This document shows, piece by piece, positions 1-9,041 of a stretch of DNA of 64,000 nucleotides. The notes below the pieces were generated by a model. It was not told where the DNA came from. It made no database searches and saw only the letters and a program-made list of their open reading frames with translations. This DNA is from Armatimonadota bacterium (lineage in GTDB: Bacteria; Armatimonadota; Fimbriimonadia; Fimbriimonadales; GBS-DC). Position 1 is the stretch's first letter, and every line of letters begins with the position of its first letter. The translations under genes and the position numbers were made by a program. Where the stretch lies: the NCBI GenBank assembly GCA_037445735.1, contig JBBIJY010000015.1:19862-83861 (forward strand), in the 5' to 3' direction.

Positions 1-2
1 AC

Positions 3-647
3 GCCCAGCCGCCCGGGGCGTCCGGGTTGGTGTGGCTGGACAACGAGTACGAGTTCGACCTGAATAGCGCTCTGCTGGTTGCTTCTGGTGCGATCAGCAC
101 AACCATTGCAATCCCTGACCAACCTCCGCGATGCCTATCGAAGGACCCGAACACGCTCAACATCCGACTCGATCTGTCCGCTTTAACAGGCTTACCGGGT
201 TTGCCAACAATTACTTTGACGGGTGCCGATATCGGCCCGGGCGCGGGAGTGGGCGGTCGCACCATCAACTGGTCCACAGGTCCAGTGGAGATCAACCTTT
301 GCTTGAGACGGAGCGACTATCCGGACCTACCAGCTGACATTCTTATTAAACGGCTCCTGGGCGCTAACCTGCGTGTAAATGCCGAGATTATTCCTGCTTA
401 TTACTCTTCAGCATGCAATCGAAACTTTTTTGTGAAAATGACCCCCGTAGGGGGTAACCAGTTCAACTATGTAGAGGTAGAAGCTTATGCGTTCTGCGTG
501 GAATCTTCGTTTACGCGCATCGTTGGTAGGGTCCAGGATGCCAATTATATTGCTTATAGTGGACCTGTACCAGAACCTGCCAGCTGGCTTGTGTTAGCTG
601 CGGGAGTAGCTGGGCTTTGTGGCAAACACCGCCGACGCTTTAGATAA
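3..647 (+). CDS. PEP-CTERM sorting-domain protein (5'-truncated by window edge)
   Basis: Frame open from the window start. C-terminus VPEPASWLVLAAGVAGL followed by basic KHRRRFR is a PEP-CTERM signal. Confidence 0.85.
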   Translation, partial: AQPPGASGLVWLDNEYEFDLNSALLVASGAISTTIAIPDQPPRCLSKDPNTLNIRLDLSALTGLPGLPTITLTGADIGPGAGVGGRTINWSTGPVEINLCLRRSDYPDLPADILIKRLLGANLRVNAEIIPAYYSSACNRNFFVKMTPVGGNQFNYVEVEAYAFCVESSFTRIVGRVQDANYIAYSGPVPEPASWLVLAAGVAGLCGKHRRRFR

Positions 648-677
648 GCTTAGCCACGTCGGGTCGGCTACCTTCCC

Positions 678-707
678 AACTCCCCCCAACCTTGGTTGGG
701 GGGAGTT
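678..707. terminator. Perfect 14-bp inverted repeat, probable terminator or REP-like hairpin
   Basis: aactccccccaacc-tt-ggttggggggagtt, followed by cca-tttt, just downstream of the PEP-CTERM stop. Confidence 0.6.
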
Positions 708-749
708 CCATTTTCTGAACCTCTCCCAGTTGAACTGTTGCTCTGCCCC

Positions 750-779
750 TTGACACGGCTGTCCGGGATGGAGTATAAT
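750..779 (+). promoter_or_regulatory. Consensus sigma70 promoter of the Fur-family operon
   Basis: TTGACA (750-755), 18-nt spacer, TATAAT (774-779). Confidence 0.8.
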
Positions 780-785
780 TCGCTG

Positions 786-802
786 TGGAAAATGGTTATC
801 CA
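786..802. promoter_or_regulatory. Fur/PerR-box-like operator
   Basis: Imperfect palindrome TGGAAAATGGTTATCCA. Its 7-1-7 core matches TGATAATnATTATCA at 10 of 14 positions and lies at the expected transcription start. Confidence 0.55.
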
Positions 803-818
803 GACGGAGGTGATGCTT

Positions 819-1274
819 ATGAATCCCCTCATAGAGGGGCTGAAGCGGGCGGGGCTGCGCCTGACACCCCAGCGCGTGGCTATCTGCCGCCTGCTGACCG
901 AGAGCAAAGACCATCCGACAGCCTCGATGATCTATCACGCGCTGCTGCCCCAGTTCCCCACCCTCAGCCTGGCAACAGTCTACAAGACGCTCGATGTGCT
1001 GAAACAGCTGGGGCTGGTGCATACGCTGGGCGATGCGGGCGACGGCTGTGAGCATTTCGACGCCGATCTCACCCCGCATATCAATCTGGTCTGCATGCGC
1101 TGCCACCGTGTGAGCGATTATGAGGATGAGGCTATCGAACAGGTGGGTCAGCGCGTGGCGGCGCGATCGGGCTATGAGATTCAGGGCGCGCGAATCGTCT
1201 ACTACGGGCTGTGCCCTCACTGCCGCAACGGTGAGCGTGCAGCTATGGAACAATCGAATGGAGGTCCGCAGTGA
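819..1274 (+). CDS. Fur-family (PerR-like) transcriptional regulator
   Basis: RLTPQR, HPTA and SLATVYKTL motifs plus two CxxC (CMRC, CPHC). RBS GGAGG at 806-810 supports ATG 819. Confidence 0.9.
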   Translation: MNPLIEGLKRAGLRLTPQRVAICRLLTESKDHPTASMIYHALLPQFPTLSLATVYKTLDVLKQLGLVHTLGDAGDGCEHFDADLTPHINLVCMRCHRVSDYEDEAIEQVGQRVAARSGYEIQGARIVYYGLCPHCRNGERAAMEQSNGGPQ

Positions 1275-3577
1275 ACCCGATTCGATGGTGGCTGAAACGC
1301 CGGGCGGAGTCGGACTCCTGCTCCGACGAGATGGCGCGGACACTGGCGCATCAGCCCGCCCTGCAGCGTATCCGCTACGACTATCAGCAGGATAAGGTGG
1401 AGGTCGAATATGACGGCGACCGCCTGCGCGCGGACGAGGTGCAGCGGAGCGTGGAGCCGCTGATACAGGCGCTGGGCGAGCGCGTGCCGACCTGCGCCCT
1501 GCGCGACCCGCAGGGAGGCGTCTGCGAGGAGTGCCCCAGCGTGCAACAGCACGGCAAGCAGTGGCGCCTGAACGGTTCCCTCTATCGCGCCGCGTTCGAC
1601 GGGCGCGTGCTGACCGTCGAGCGCACGGATACAGGTCCCGCTGCGGGACGACTCGTGCGCCGTGTGAAGCCCGCTGAACCGCCCGTCCCGCGCTGGCGCA
1701 CGCGCGCCTTCTGGGAGCCAGCACTGACCGCCACCAACCTGCTGATGCTCGTTCTGGGCGGGCTGGCAGATCGAGCGGGCGCATCGACGCTTGCCACGCT
1801 TGCCTATGGGATTGCTTATCTTGCTGGCGGCTACTTTGGCGCGCTGGACGGCTGGAAAACCCTGCGCGAGCGGCGCCTGGATGTGAACCTGCTGATGTTG
1901 CTGGCGGCAATCGGCGCTGCGCTGGTGGGCGAAGCCGCCGAAGGTGCCACCCTGCTGTTCCTCTTCTCGCTCTCGAACACTCTGCAAAGCTACGCGCTGA
2001 CGCGCAGTCGGCGGGCAGTGCGGGCGCTGATGGCGCTCCAGCCCGATTTAGCCACACGGCTCACCGATGAGGGCGAGCAGGTCGTGCCCGCCGAAGAGCT
2101 GCAACCAGGCGAGCGCGTGCTGGTGCGACCCGGCGAGCGAATCCCAACCGACGGCGTCGTGTTGCGCGGCGAATCGCATGTGGATCAGTCGCCCATCACG
2201 GGCGAATCGGTGCCTGTTGCCAAAACCGCTGGCTCCCAGGTGTTCGCAGGCACGATTAACACCAGCGGCATCCTGGAGATTGAGGTTCAGCATCCGGTGA
2301 GCGAGACCCTGCTCCAGCGCATTTTGCGATTGGTGGAGGAGGCGCAGGAGCAGAAGGCGCGCTCGCAGCGGTGGCTGGAGCGGTTCGAGCAGCGTTACGC
2401 GCTGATCGTGCTGGGCGGTGCTGCGGTCGTTGCGCTGGGGCTGCCCCTGCTCGGCTGGGCGTTCGCCGACGCCTTCTATCGCGCCATGACGCTGCTCGTG
2501 GTCGCCTCGCCCTGCGCACTGGTCATCAGCACACCTGCCACCCTGCTCTCCGCCATCGCTAACGCTGCCCGACGCGGCATCTTATTCAAAGGCGGCGAAC
2601 CCATCGAACGGCTGGCAAGCGTGCAGGCGATAGCCATCGACAAAACAGGCACGCTCACCGAGGGCAAACTGGTGTTCACCGACCTGATACCGATAGGCGA
2701 AACGCCCGAATCGGAGCTGTGGCAGTGCATCGCCGCTGTGGAATCGCTCTCGGAGCATCCGATTGCGCAGGCGCTGGTGCAGGCGGCGCAGGCGCGCGGC
2801 TATCAGCCCCAGCCGGTGGAGGCGTTTGAAGCGTTGCCTGGCAGGGGTGTGCGGGCGATTCGAGGCGGAACGGTGATCCTGATTGGCAATCTGCGCCTGT
2901 TTGAGGAAGTGCCTTCTGAAGCGCGTCGGCTCATCCAGACCCTGCACGACGCGGGCAAGACGGCGGTGCTGATTGCCTGCACGCCTGCTGACCAGCCCGA
3001 CGCGCCCATTCGCCCGCTGGGGGTAGCAGCGGTCGCCGATCAGGTACGCCCCGATGCGGCGTCCGCTGTGCAACAACTGAAAGCGCTCGGAATACCCTGC
3101 ATCGCGATGCTCACGGGCGATGCGGAGCCGATTGCGCGCGCTATCGCCCGGCAGACAGGCGTCGAGCGGGTCTACGCCGACCTTCTGCCCGATGAGAAAC
3201 TGCAGGTGCTGAAACGCCTGACGCAGGAGTGCGGCGCGGTGGCGATGGTCGGCGACGGCGTGAACGATGCGCCTGCCTTAGCCGCTGCCGAGGTGGGCAT
3301 CGCGATGGGCGCGGGCACCGATGTCGCCCTCGAAACCGCTGATGTCGCCCTCGTGGGCAACGATCTGAAGAACCTCCCCTACGCCGTCGCGCTCAGTCGC
3401 CGCGCGATGCGAATCCTGCAGCAAAACATCGCCTTCGCGACGGCAGTGATCGTGCTGCTAATCGTGCTGACCTTCACAGCGGGGCTGCGCCTGCCGCTCG
3501 GCGTGATCGGGCACGAGGGCAGCACGCTGCTGGTGGTGCTGAACGGCTTGCGCCTGCTCGCCTTCCGCTATCGCTAA
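1271..3577 (+). CDS. Heavy-metal P1B-type ATPase, P1B-4 subclass
   Basis: TGES, SPC, DKTGT, SEHP, GDGVND and C-terminal HEGST motifs. GTGA overlap with the regulator. Confidence 0.92.
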   Translation: MNPIRWWLKRRAESDSCSDEMARTLAHQPALQRIRYDYQQDKVEVEYDGDRLRADEVQRSVEPLIQALGERVPTCALRDPQGGVCEECPSVQQHGKQWRLNGSLYRAAFDGRVLTVERTDTGPAAGRLVRRVKPAEPPVPRWRTRAFWEPALTATNLLMLVLGGLADRAGASTLATLAYGIAYLAGGYFGALDGWKTLRERRLDVNLLMLLAAIGAALVGEAAEGATLLFLFSLSNTLQSYALTRSRRAVRALMALQPDLATRLTDEGEQVVPAEELQPGERVLVRPGERIPTDGVVLRGESHVDQSPITGESVPVAKTAGSQVFAGTINTSGILEIEVQHPVSETLLQRILRLVEEAQEQKARSQRWLERFEQRYALIVLGGAAVVALGLPLLGWAFADAFYRAMTLLVVASPCALVISTPATLLSAIANAARRGILFKGGEPIERLASVQAIAIDKTGTLTEGKLVFTDLIPIGETPESELWQCIAAVESLSEHPIAQALVQAAQARGYQPQPVEAFEALPGRGVRAIRGGTVILIGNLRLFEEVPSEARRLIQTLHDAGKTAVLIACTPADQPDAPIRPLGVAAVADQVRPDAASAVQQLKALGIPCIAMLTGDAEPIARAIARQTGVERVYADLLPDEKLQVLKRLTQECGAVAMVGDGVNDAPALAAAEVGIAMGAGTDVALETADVALVGNDLKNLPYAVALSRRAMRILQQNIAFATAVIVLLIVLTFTAGLRLPLGVIGHEGSTLLVVLNGLRLLAFRYR

Positions 3578-3601
3578 CAACGAGATTTTCGAGGGAGTAC
3601 C

Positions 3602-4243
3602 ATGAAAGTCATGATGCCGATGGAGACGCTTTTGCCAGAGGTGCTGGGCGTGCGGGCGACCTATGCGCTCTTAATCAGTTGTGTGGCGCCGCGCCCGATT
3701 GCATGGGTCAGCACGCTTTCACCCGAGGGGGTACCCAACCTCGCGCCGTTCAGCTTCTTCAACGCGGGCGGCTCGAACCCGCCTTCAGTGGTGTTCTCAC
3801 CCACCAACTTTCGCGACGGGCGCCCCAAAGACACTCTGCGCAATGTGGAAGCGACAGGTGAGTTCGTCATCAATATCGCACCCTACGAGCTGGCGCAACA
3901 GATGAACGAGACCTCCGCCGATTTTGAGTACGGCATCAGCGAGTTTGAGCAGGTGGGTTTAACACCGCTACCCGGTCAGCGCGTGAAGCCCTATCGCGTG
4001 GCGGAAAGCCCCATCCAGATGGAGTGCCGCCTCTTTCAAATTGTTCGGCACGGCACGGGACCGCTCGCCGCCAACTATGTGATTGGCGAGGTGCTGTGCT
4101 TCCATATCGCCACGCATCTGCTGAAGGAGGGTCCTGTCGTGGACAATCGGGTCTCGGACCTGATTGGGCGCATGGGCGAGTCGTGGTACTGTCGCACCAC
4201 GCCCGAATCGCTGTTCTGGCTGCCGCGTCCGCAACGCGGGTAA
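3602..4243 (+). CDS. Flavin reductase-like FMN-binding protein (DIM6/NTAB family)
   Basis: PRPIAWVST, NLAPFSFF and KDTLRN motifs. Confidence 0.88.
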   Translation: MKVMMPMETLLPEVLGVRATYALLISCVAPRPIAWVSTLSPEGVPNLAPFSFFNAGGSNPPSVVFSPTNFRDGRPKDTLRNVEATGEFVINIAPYELAQQMNETSADFEYGISEFEQVGLTPLPGQRVKPYRVAESPIQMECRLFQIVRHGTGPLAANYVIGEVLCFHIATHLLKEGPVVDNRVSDLIGRMGESWYCRTTPESLFWLPRPQRG

Positions 4244-4244
4244 A

Positions 4245-6644
4245 ATGTTCAGCGTGAGCTGGCGGATGGTGCGATGGTGGAGTCGGGTGGGCGGGGTTGC
4301 CCTGCTTACATGGCTGGCGGGTACGCTCCTGACATGGGCTGATGGGTCAACGCCGGCGCAGCGGGCGCTTATCGTCGCCATCGATTATCAGCCGGAGGCG
4401 ATGGCTGACCAGCTCGCCCAGCTCAAGGCGCTCGGTGTCATGCGGGTGGCGGTGCGCCTGACGGGGCTGCCCACGCGCCAGCGGTGGGATGCGCTGCTCG
4501 ATACGCTGGAAAAGAGCGGGCTGGAGTGGTGGCTGTGGCTGACAGGATTGCCCCGTGCGCGCGGCTGGATATGCCTGCCCGAACGCTATCGGCTGCGCGG
4601 CGCCGAATCGGGAACCTACTCCGTTCAGATTCCCCAGGCGGATCAGGCGTTGCTCGCGCTCGCCCCGCGCGACCAGCCGAGCCTGCAAACCCTCTCGCTG
4701 CTTGCCCTGACCGATGGGCGTGCGGTGCTGGCTATCGGCAACAGCGCAGAGAGTGTGCTGCTCCTGTACCCGCGCCTCAACAACGCGCTGCCCGACCTGT
4801 GGGAAGGCTGGGACCACTATCGGGACGCGCTCCTTGCGTTGCTTCTGTCCCGCAAGCCCGTTAGTAACTTTCGCGGCTGGCTGATCGAAAGCGCGTGGGA
4901 TGCGCAGGCGACCTGCGCCTTCCCCGAATCGGAGCGGTTCCGCGCCGAATGGCAGGGCTTCCTGAAGCTGCGCTATGGCGATCTGATCGAGCTGGAGCGG
5001 GCGTGGGACACCAGCGCGTCCATGAACCGATTCGAGCAGGCGGCGGCGCTCATCCCGCTCTGGCATGGTGAACGCGGCTTGCCCTACCTGACCACGCCCG
5101 ACGGCAAGCAGAAGCCCATCGAGACCGACCCACGCGAGTGCCGATTCTGGAGCGATTATCACGCCTTTTTAGGTGAGAGATGGCGCACGCTGCTGGAGGG
5201 CTTGCGCCATGCGCTGCTCGGTTTCACGCCCGATGCCGCCTTCGAGGTGGTTCAGCCGATGCCCGACCCGACCGACCTGCCCCTGCCCGATGCGCTGAAC
5301 CTGCCCGCCACCACAACAGGCTATTTTCTGCCAGCGTCTCTGCGAAGCGAATGGCGAACCTATCTGGTGCGGACCAGCTACACGGCACGCCAGGCGACCC
5401 CCCGTACGCCCCTGCGCGTGCTGGTGATGGAGTGGCAGGGCGAATCGGCGGAGCGGGCGGGGCTGATGCAGAGCCTCGCGCGGGAGATGGGCATCCCCAC
5501 CCTCATCTGGCTGCTGCGCGAGCCAGCCACCCTCACACGCGACACATGGAACACCCTGCAGGCAACCGATAGCGACCCTGCTGAACCCACCTTTGTGCTG
5601 TTCCCCATAAGCCTGTGGGCGACCACGCGCCTGCAAAAGTGGCGCATCGGCTGGTGGCTGCCCGCCGACCCGCCGGGCGACCTCCAGCCCCTGTTCTGGG
5701 GCTACGAGCTGTTCGCCTTCTGGCGACCCGTCGAAATGCAGGTGCAGGACAAGCAGGGCAATCGCCTTGTGGTGAATCGGCTGGAGCTGTATCTGTGGAC
5801 AGAGAGCGGCGAGCGCGAGGTGGTGCTGCGCCGTTTCGATCAGGCGACGCTGGATGCGGTCAATCTCAACGGCGAGCCAGTGCCGCTCAGCGTTCGGGGC
5901 GACACCGTGCGCCTGAAGGTCGGCACCGTCCCTGTGCGCCTGCGCGGGTTCGAACTGCTCCCGCTGTGCGAAAGCGTGGTGAACGACTGGACTCAGCGTG
6001 TCGAATCGCTGCTGAAGCGCACGGCGCCTGCAGGTCAGGATGCGCGCGTGCTGCAGTTTCTGTTCAACGGTGCGCTGGAGACCTATCGGCGCGATCGGGT
6101 TCAGGGCTTCCCGCTCGTGCGCGACGCCTGGCTCGATATCGAGCGGGCGTTCCAGCCCTATCGCCTGCTGGAGGCGGAAAGCGCGCGCGAGCATACCTTC
6201 GGCACGGTTCGGCGCGACCTGTCAGCGAGCAGCGGCGCGACGCTGTGGCTCCATACGCCGCTCAGGTCGGCACCCAGCGGCTACTATGCCCGCTATACGC
6301 TCAGTATCCGCACAGAAGGCGCCTATAATCTCTATCTGGCGTGCCGCCTCCCGCCCAACGGCACGCCCGACTCGGTGGAGTGGCAGCTTTTTGCCAGCAC
6401 CGACGAAAAGGCGCCCATCGCGCGGGGGAGCGCCGTTTTAGACCCCGACAAAGCGGTCAGCCCCTACGCCGAGCGGTTCCTCTGGTTCCCGCTGGGCAGC
6501 GCGATGCTCAAAGCGGGCGATTATCAGCTGGAGCTGCGCCTGCTGCCCGCCACCGAGCGTGCCAACTTCTTTGCCGAATGGGACGCCCTGCTGATTGCCC
6601 CACCCGGCATCGCGCCCAGGGGCATCCTGCCGCCCGCGTACTGA
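4245..6644 (+). CDS. Large secreted hypothetical protein with a GH42-like segment
   Basis: Signal-peptide-like N-terminus (start 4245 or 4266). WQGFLKLRYGDLIELERAWDT resembles the GH42-type motif F..WL..KYG....LN.AW.T. Confidence 0.55.
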   Translation: MFSVSWRMVRWWSRVGGVALLTWLAGTLLTWADGSTPAQRALIVAIDYQPEAMADQLAQLKALGVMRVAVRLTGLPTRQRWDALLDTLEKSGLEWWLWLTGLPRARGWICLPERYRLRGAESGTYSVQIPQADQALLALAPRDQPSLQTLSLLALTDGRAVLAIGNSAESVLLLYPRLNNALPDLWEGWDHYRDALLALLLSRKPVSNFRGWLIESAWDAQATCAFPESERFRAEWQGFLKLRYGDLIELERAWDTSASMNRFEQAAALIPLWHGERGLPYLTTPDGKQKPIETDPRECRFWSDYHAFLGERWRTLLEGLRHALLGFTPDAAFEVVQPMPDPTDLPLPDALNLPATTTGYFLPASLRSEWRTYLVRTSYTARQATPRTPLRVLVMEWQGESAERAGLMQSLAREMGIPTLIWLLREPATLTRDTWNTLQATDSDPAEPTFVLFPISLWATTRLQKWRIGWWLPADPPGDLQPLFWGYELFAFWRPVEMQVQDKQGNRLVVNRLELYLWTESGEREVVLRRFDQATLDAVNLNGEPVPLSVRGDTVRLKVGTVPVRLRGFELLPLCESVVNDWTQRVESLLKRTAPAGQDARVLQFLFNGALETYRRDRVQGFPLVRDAWLDIERAFQPYRLLEAESAREHTFGTVRRDLSASSGATLWLHTPLRSAPSGYYARYTLSIRTEGAYNLYLACRLPPNGTPDSVEWQLFASTDEKAPIARGSAVLDPDKAVSPYAERFLWFPLGSAMLKAGDYQLELRLLPATERANFFAEWDALLIAPPGIAPRGILPPAY

Positions 6645-6645
6645 C

Positions 6646-7812
6646 CTACGAGCGTGGCACCTCCACCCAGCGCCGCTCGTTCACCGAAATCTCGACCGCT
6701 TCCAGCACTGCCTGACAGCGCAGCCCGTCGTAGAAGCTGGGCGAGGGCAGCTCACCCTTGCTGATTGCTTCCAGCGCGTCGCGCACCAGATGCGTGAAAG
6801 TATGCTCGTAGCCGATGATGTGCCCTGGTGGCCACCACGCGCTGATGTAGGGATGCACGCTTTCCGTGACCTGAATGGTGCGGAAGCCGCGTGTGCCCGC
6901 TGGATCGCTCTCCAGATAGAGTTCCAGCTCGTTCATCCGCTCCAGATTGAACACGATGCTACCTCTGGAGCCGTTGATTTCGAAGCGGTTGTAGTTCTTG
7001 CGTCCGAGCGCGAAGCGCGTGGCTTCGAAGGTGCCGATCGCGCCGTTTTCGAAGCGAGCTAGGAACGCGGCAGCGTCGTCGACGGTGACCTCGCCCATCT
7101 CGGCGCTGGCTTGCCCACCCAGGCGGTCATCCGCCTCGCGCAGGAGCGGACGCTGCTTGATGAAGGTGGTCATCATGCCGCACACCTCGCTGATCTCGCC
7201 CACGAGCCAGCGCGCCAGATCGATAATGTGCGCGTTCAGGTCGCCATGCACGCCGGAGCCGGCAATCTCCTTGCGCAGGCGCCACACCAGCGGGAAGTTC
7301 GGGTCCACAATCCAGTCCTGCAGGTAGGTGCCGCGGAAGTGGTAGATTTGCCCGATAACGCCGTCGTCGATGAGCTTTTTGGCGAAGCTGACGGCGGGCG
7401 CCTTGCGGTAGTTGAAGAAGATGCCGTGCTTCACGCCGCTCTGCTCCACCGCCTGCACCATCTCGCGGGCTTCCTGCAGGCTGTTGGCAAGCGGCTTCTC
7501 GCACAGCACTATCTTACCGTTTCTGGCTGCCGCGATGGAAATGGGCGCGTGCAGGTTGCCCGGTGTGGACACATCGACGAGGTCGATATCGTCGCGGGCG
7601 ACCACGCGCTGCCAGTCGGTGTCGTACTCCTCGAAGCCGTACTTTTCGGCGGCGGCGCGCACGCGCTCCTCGTTGCGCCCGCAGATGACCTTCAACACGG
7701 GTTCAATCTCCAGCTCCGGGAAGAAACGGGCGACCTGTCGATAGGCGTTGCTATGCGCCTTGCCCATGAACTGGTAGCCAATCAGCGCGACATTCAGCTT
7801 CCGTTTCGCCAT
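6646..7812 (-). CDS. Gfo/Idh/MocA-family oxidoreductase
   Basis: N-terminal Rossmann motif [11 protein letters not shown], plus CEKP and GDLNAHIID. Confidence 0.92.
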   Translation of the reverse strand: MAKRKLNVALIGYQFMGKAHSNAYRQVARFFPELEIEPVLKVICGRNEERVRAAAEKYGFEEYDTDWQRVVARDDIDLVDVSTPGNLHAPISIAAARNGKIVLCEKPLANSLQEAREMVQAVEQSGVKHGIFFNYRKAPAVSFAKKLIDDGVIGQIYHFRGTYLQDWIVDPNFPLVWRLRKEIAGSGVHGDLNAHIIDLARWLVGEISEVCGMMTTFIKQRPLLREADDRLGGQASAEMGEVTVDDAAAFLARFENGAIGTFEATRFALGRKNYNRFEINGSRGSIVFNLERMNELELYLESDPAGTRGFRTIQVTESVHPYISAWWPPGHIIGYEHTFTHLVRDALEAISKGELPSPSFYDGLRCQAVLEAVEISVNERRWVEVPRS

Positions 7813-7814
7813 CG

Positions 7815-9041
7815 TTATTCACCTCCTGTCGGCTTCTTTTCGGGTTGGGGCTGTTGAGGTTGCTGATCAGGCTTCGGTTGCTGTTCAGGTCTGGGTTGCC
7901 CTTCGGGTCGAGGTTGCGGTTCAGGTCTTGGCTGCTGGGGCGGGCGCGGTGCGGGCGGACGCGCAGCTGGGACACGCGGCGCCGGGCGACGCGGCGCACC
8001 GCCCATCATCTGCTCGGGCGTGAGCGGCTTCACGATGGTGTTCGTGATCTTCGCCCGACTCCGCAGCTGAGCAACGAGGTCGTTCAGCTCCAGCTGAACC
8101 GCCTGCTGCCGAATCTGCCTCAGCTCATCGCCCTTCGCCTGCGAGCCAGTACGCTCCAGCCGCACGATCATGTAGGCGCCCAGCGTGCGGAACGGCTGCG
8201 ACACCTGACCCGGCTTCAGCTTCTCCAGCTGTTGCAACACATCGGGCACGATAAATCGCTTGTATTGCCACTCCAGCTGACCGCCCCGATCCCTGGTGAA
8301 GGGGTCCTCGGAATATTGCTTGGCTGCTTCTCCAAAGTCCAGCCCCTCGCTGATCTTCTGGTAGGCTTCTTTCGCTTTGGCTTCCGCAGCAGCGGCATTC
8401 TTTTCCTGCTCCTCAGGGGTACTGCCCTGAATGCGAATCAGAATCTGGCTATACTTGATGAAGTTATCCAGATTGATGCGCTTTTCAGCCAGCTTTTCCG
8501 CCAGCACGCGCGCGCGTGCCAGTGGGTAAAGGCGGCTGGGCGGATAGGTGTTGCGGCGCAGGAAGTCGTTGAGGCTCATGCCGGGTGGCAGGTTCGCCTC
8601 CGCGTTCTGCAGCTGCTGCTTGTAGCTGGCTTCCACCTCTTCGGGTTTGACCGTAATCTTTTGCTTACGGGCTTCCTGCTCGATAACGCGCACGAAGATC
8701 AGCTCTTCCAGTGCCTGTGCACCGTACCAATCGTAGGTTGCCCGCACCAGTTCACCAGCCCGAATCGGCTCGCCGTTCACCGTCGCAACCACCTTGTTCG
8801 GGTCTGGCAGAGGTGGCAGCGTCGGCGGCACGAATCTGGAAGCGGGCTTCGCCGATTGAGTTGTCGTGCGCTTCTGCTGGGGCGACGCGGCAGGCTTCTG
8901 CGTCGTTCTGGACACGGGCTTCTGCTGTACCGTCCCGCCCGATTTCGGCTGAGTCGTTCTGGACGACGGATTACTCGTCTGTACCGCTATCAAACTGCCT
9001 ATCAGTGAAATCGCTATCAGACTACCGAACCATCTGTTCAT
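7815..9041 (-). CDS. PrsA/SurA-like secreted parvulin peptidyl-prolyl isomerase
   Basis: Signal peptide [38 protein letters not shown] and Pro/Gln-rich tails. ATGA overlap at 9038-9041 fixes the start. Confidence 0.85.
   Translation of the reverse strand: MNRWFGSLIAISLIGSLIAVQTSNPSSRTTQPKSGGTVQQKPVSRTTQKPAASPQQKRTTTQSAKPASRFVPPTLPPLPDPNKVVATVNGEPIRAGELVRATYDWYGAQALEELIFVRVIEQEARKQKITVKPEEVEASYKQQLQNAEANLPPGMSLNDFLRRNTYPPSRLYPLARARVLAEKLAEKRINLDNFIKYSQILIRIQGSTPEEQEKNAAAAEAKAKEAYQKISEGLDFGEAAKQYSEDPFTRDRGGQLEWQYKRFIVPDVLQQLEKLKPGQVSQPFRTLGAYMIVRLERTGSQAKGDELRQIRQQAVQLELNDLVAQLRSRAKITNTIVKPLTPEQMMGGAPRRPAPRVPAARPPAPRPPQQPRPEPQPRPEGQPRPEQQPKPDQQPQQPQPEKKPTGGE

Noticed and set aside
7815-8030. 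Short repeats ([10 protein letters not shown]...)
   Set aside because: Low-complexity Pro/Gln coding tail of the foldase, not an independent element.
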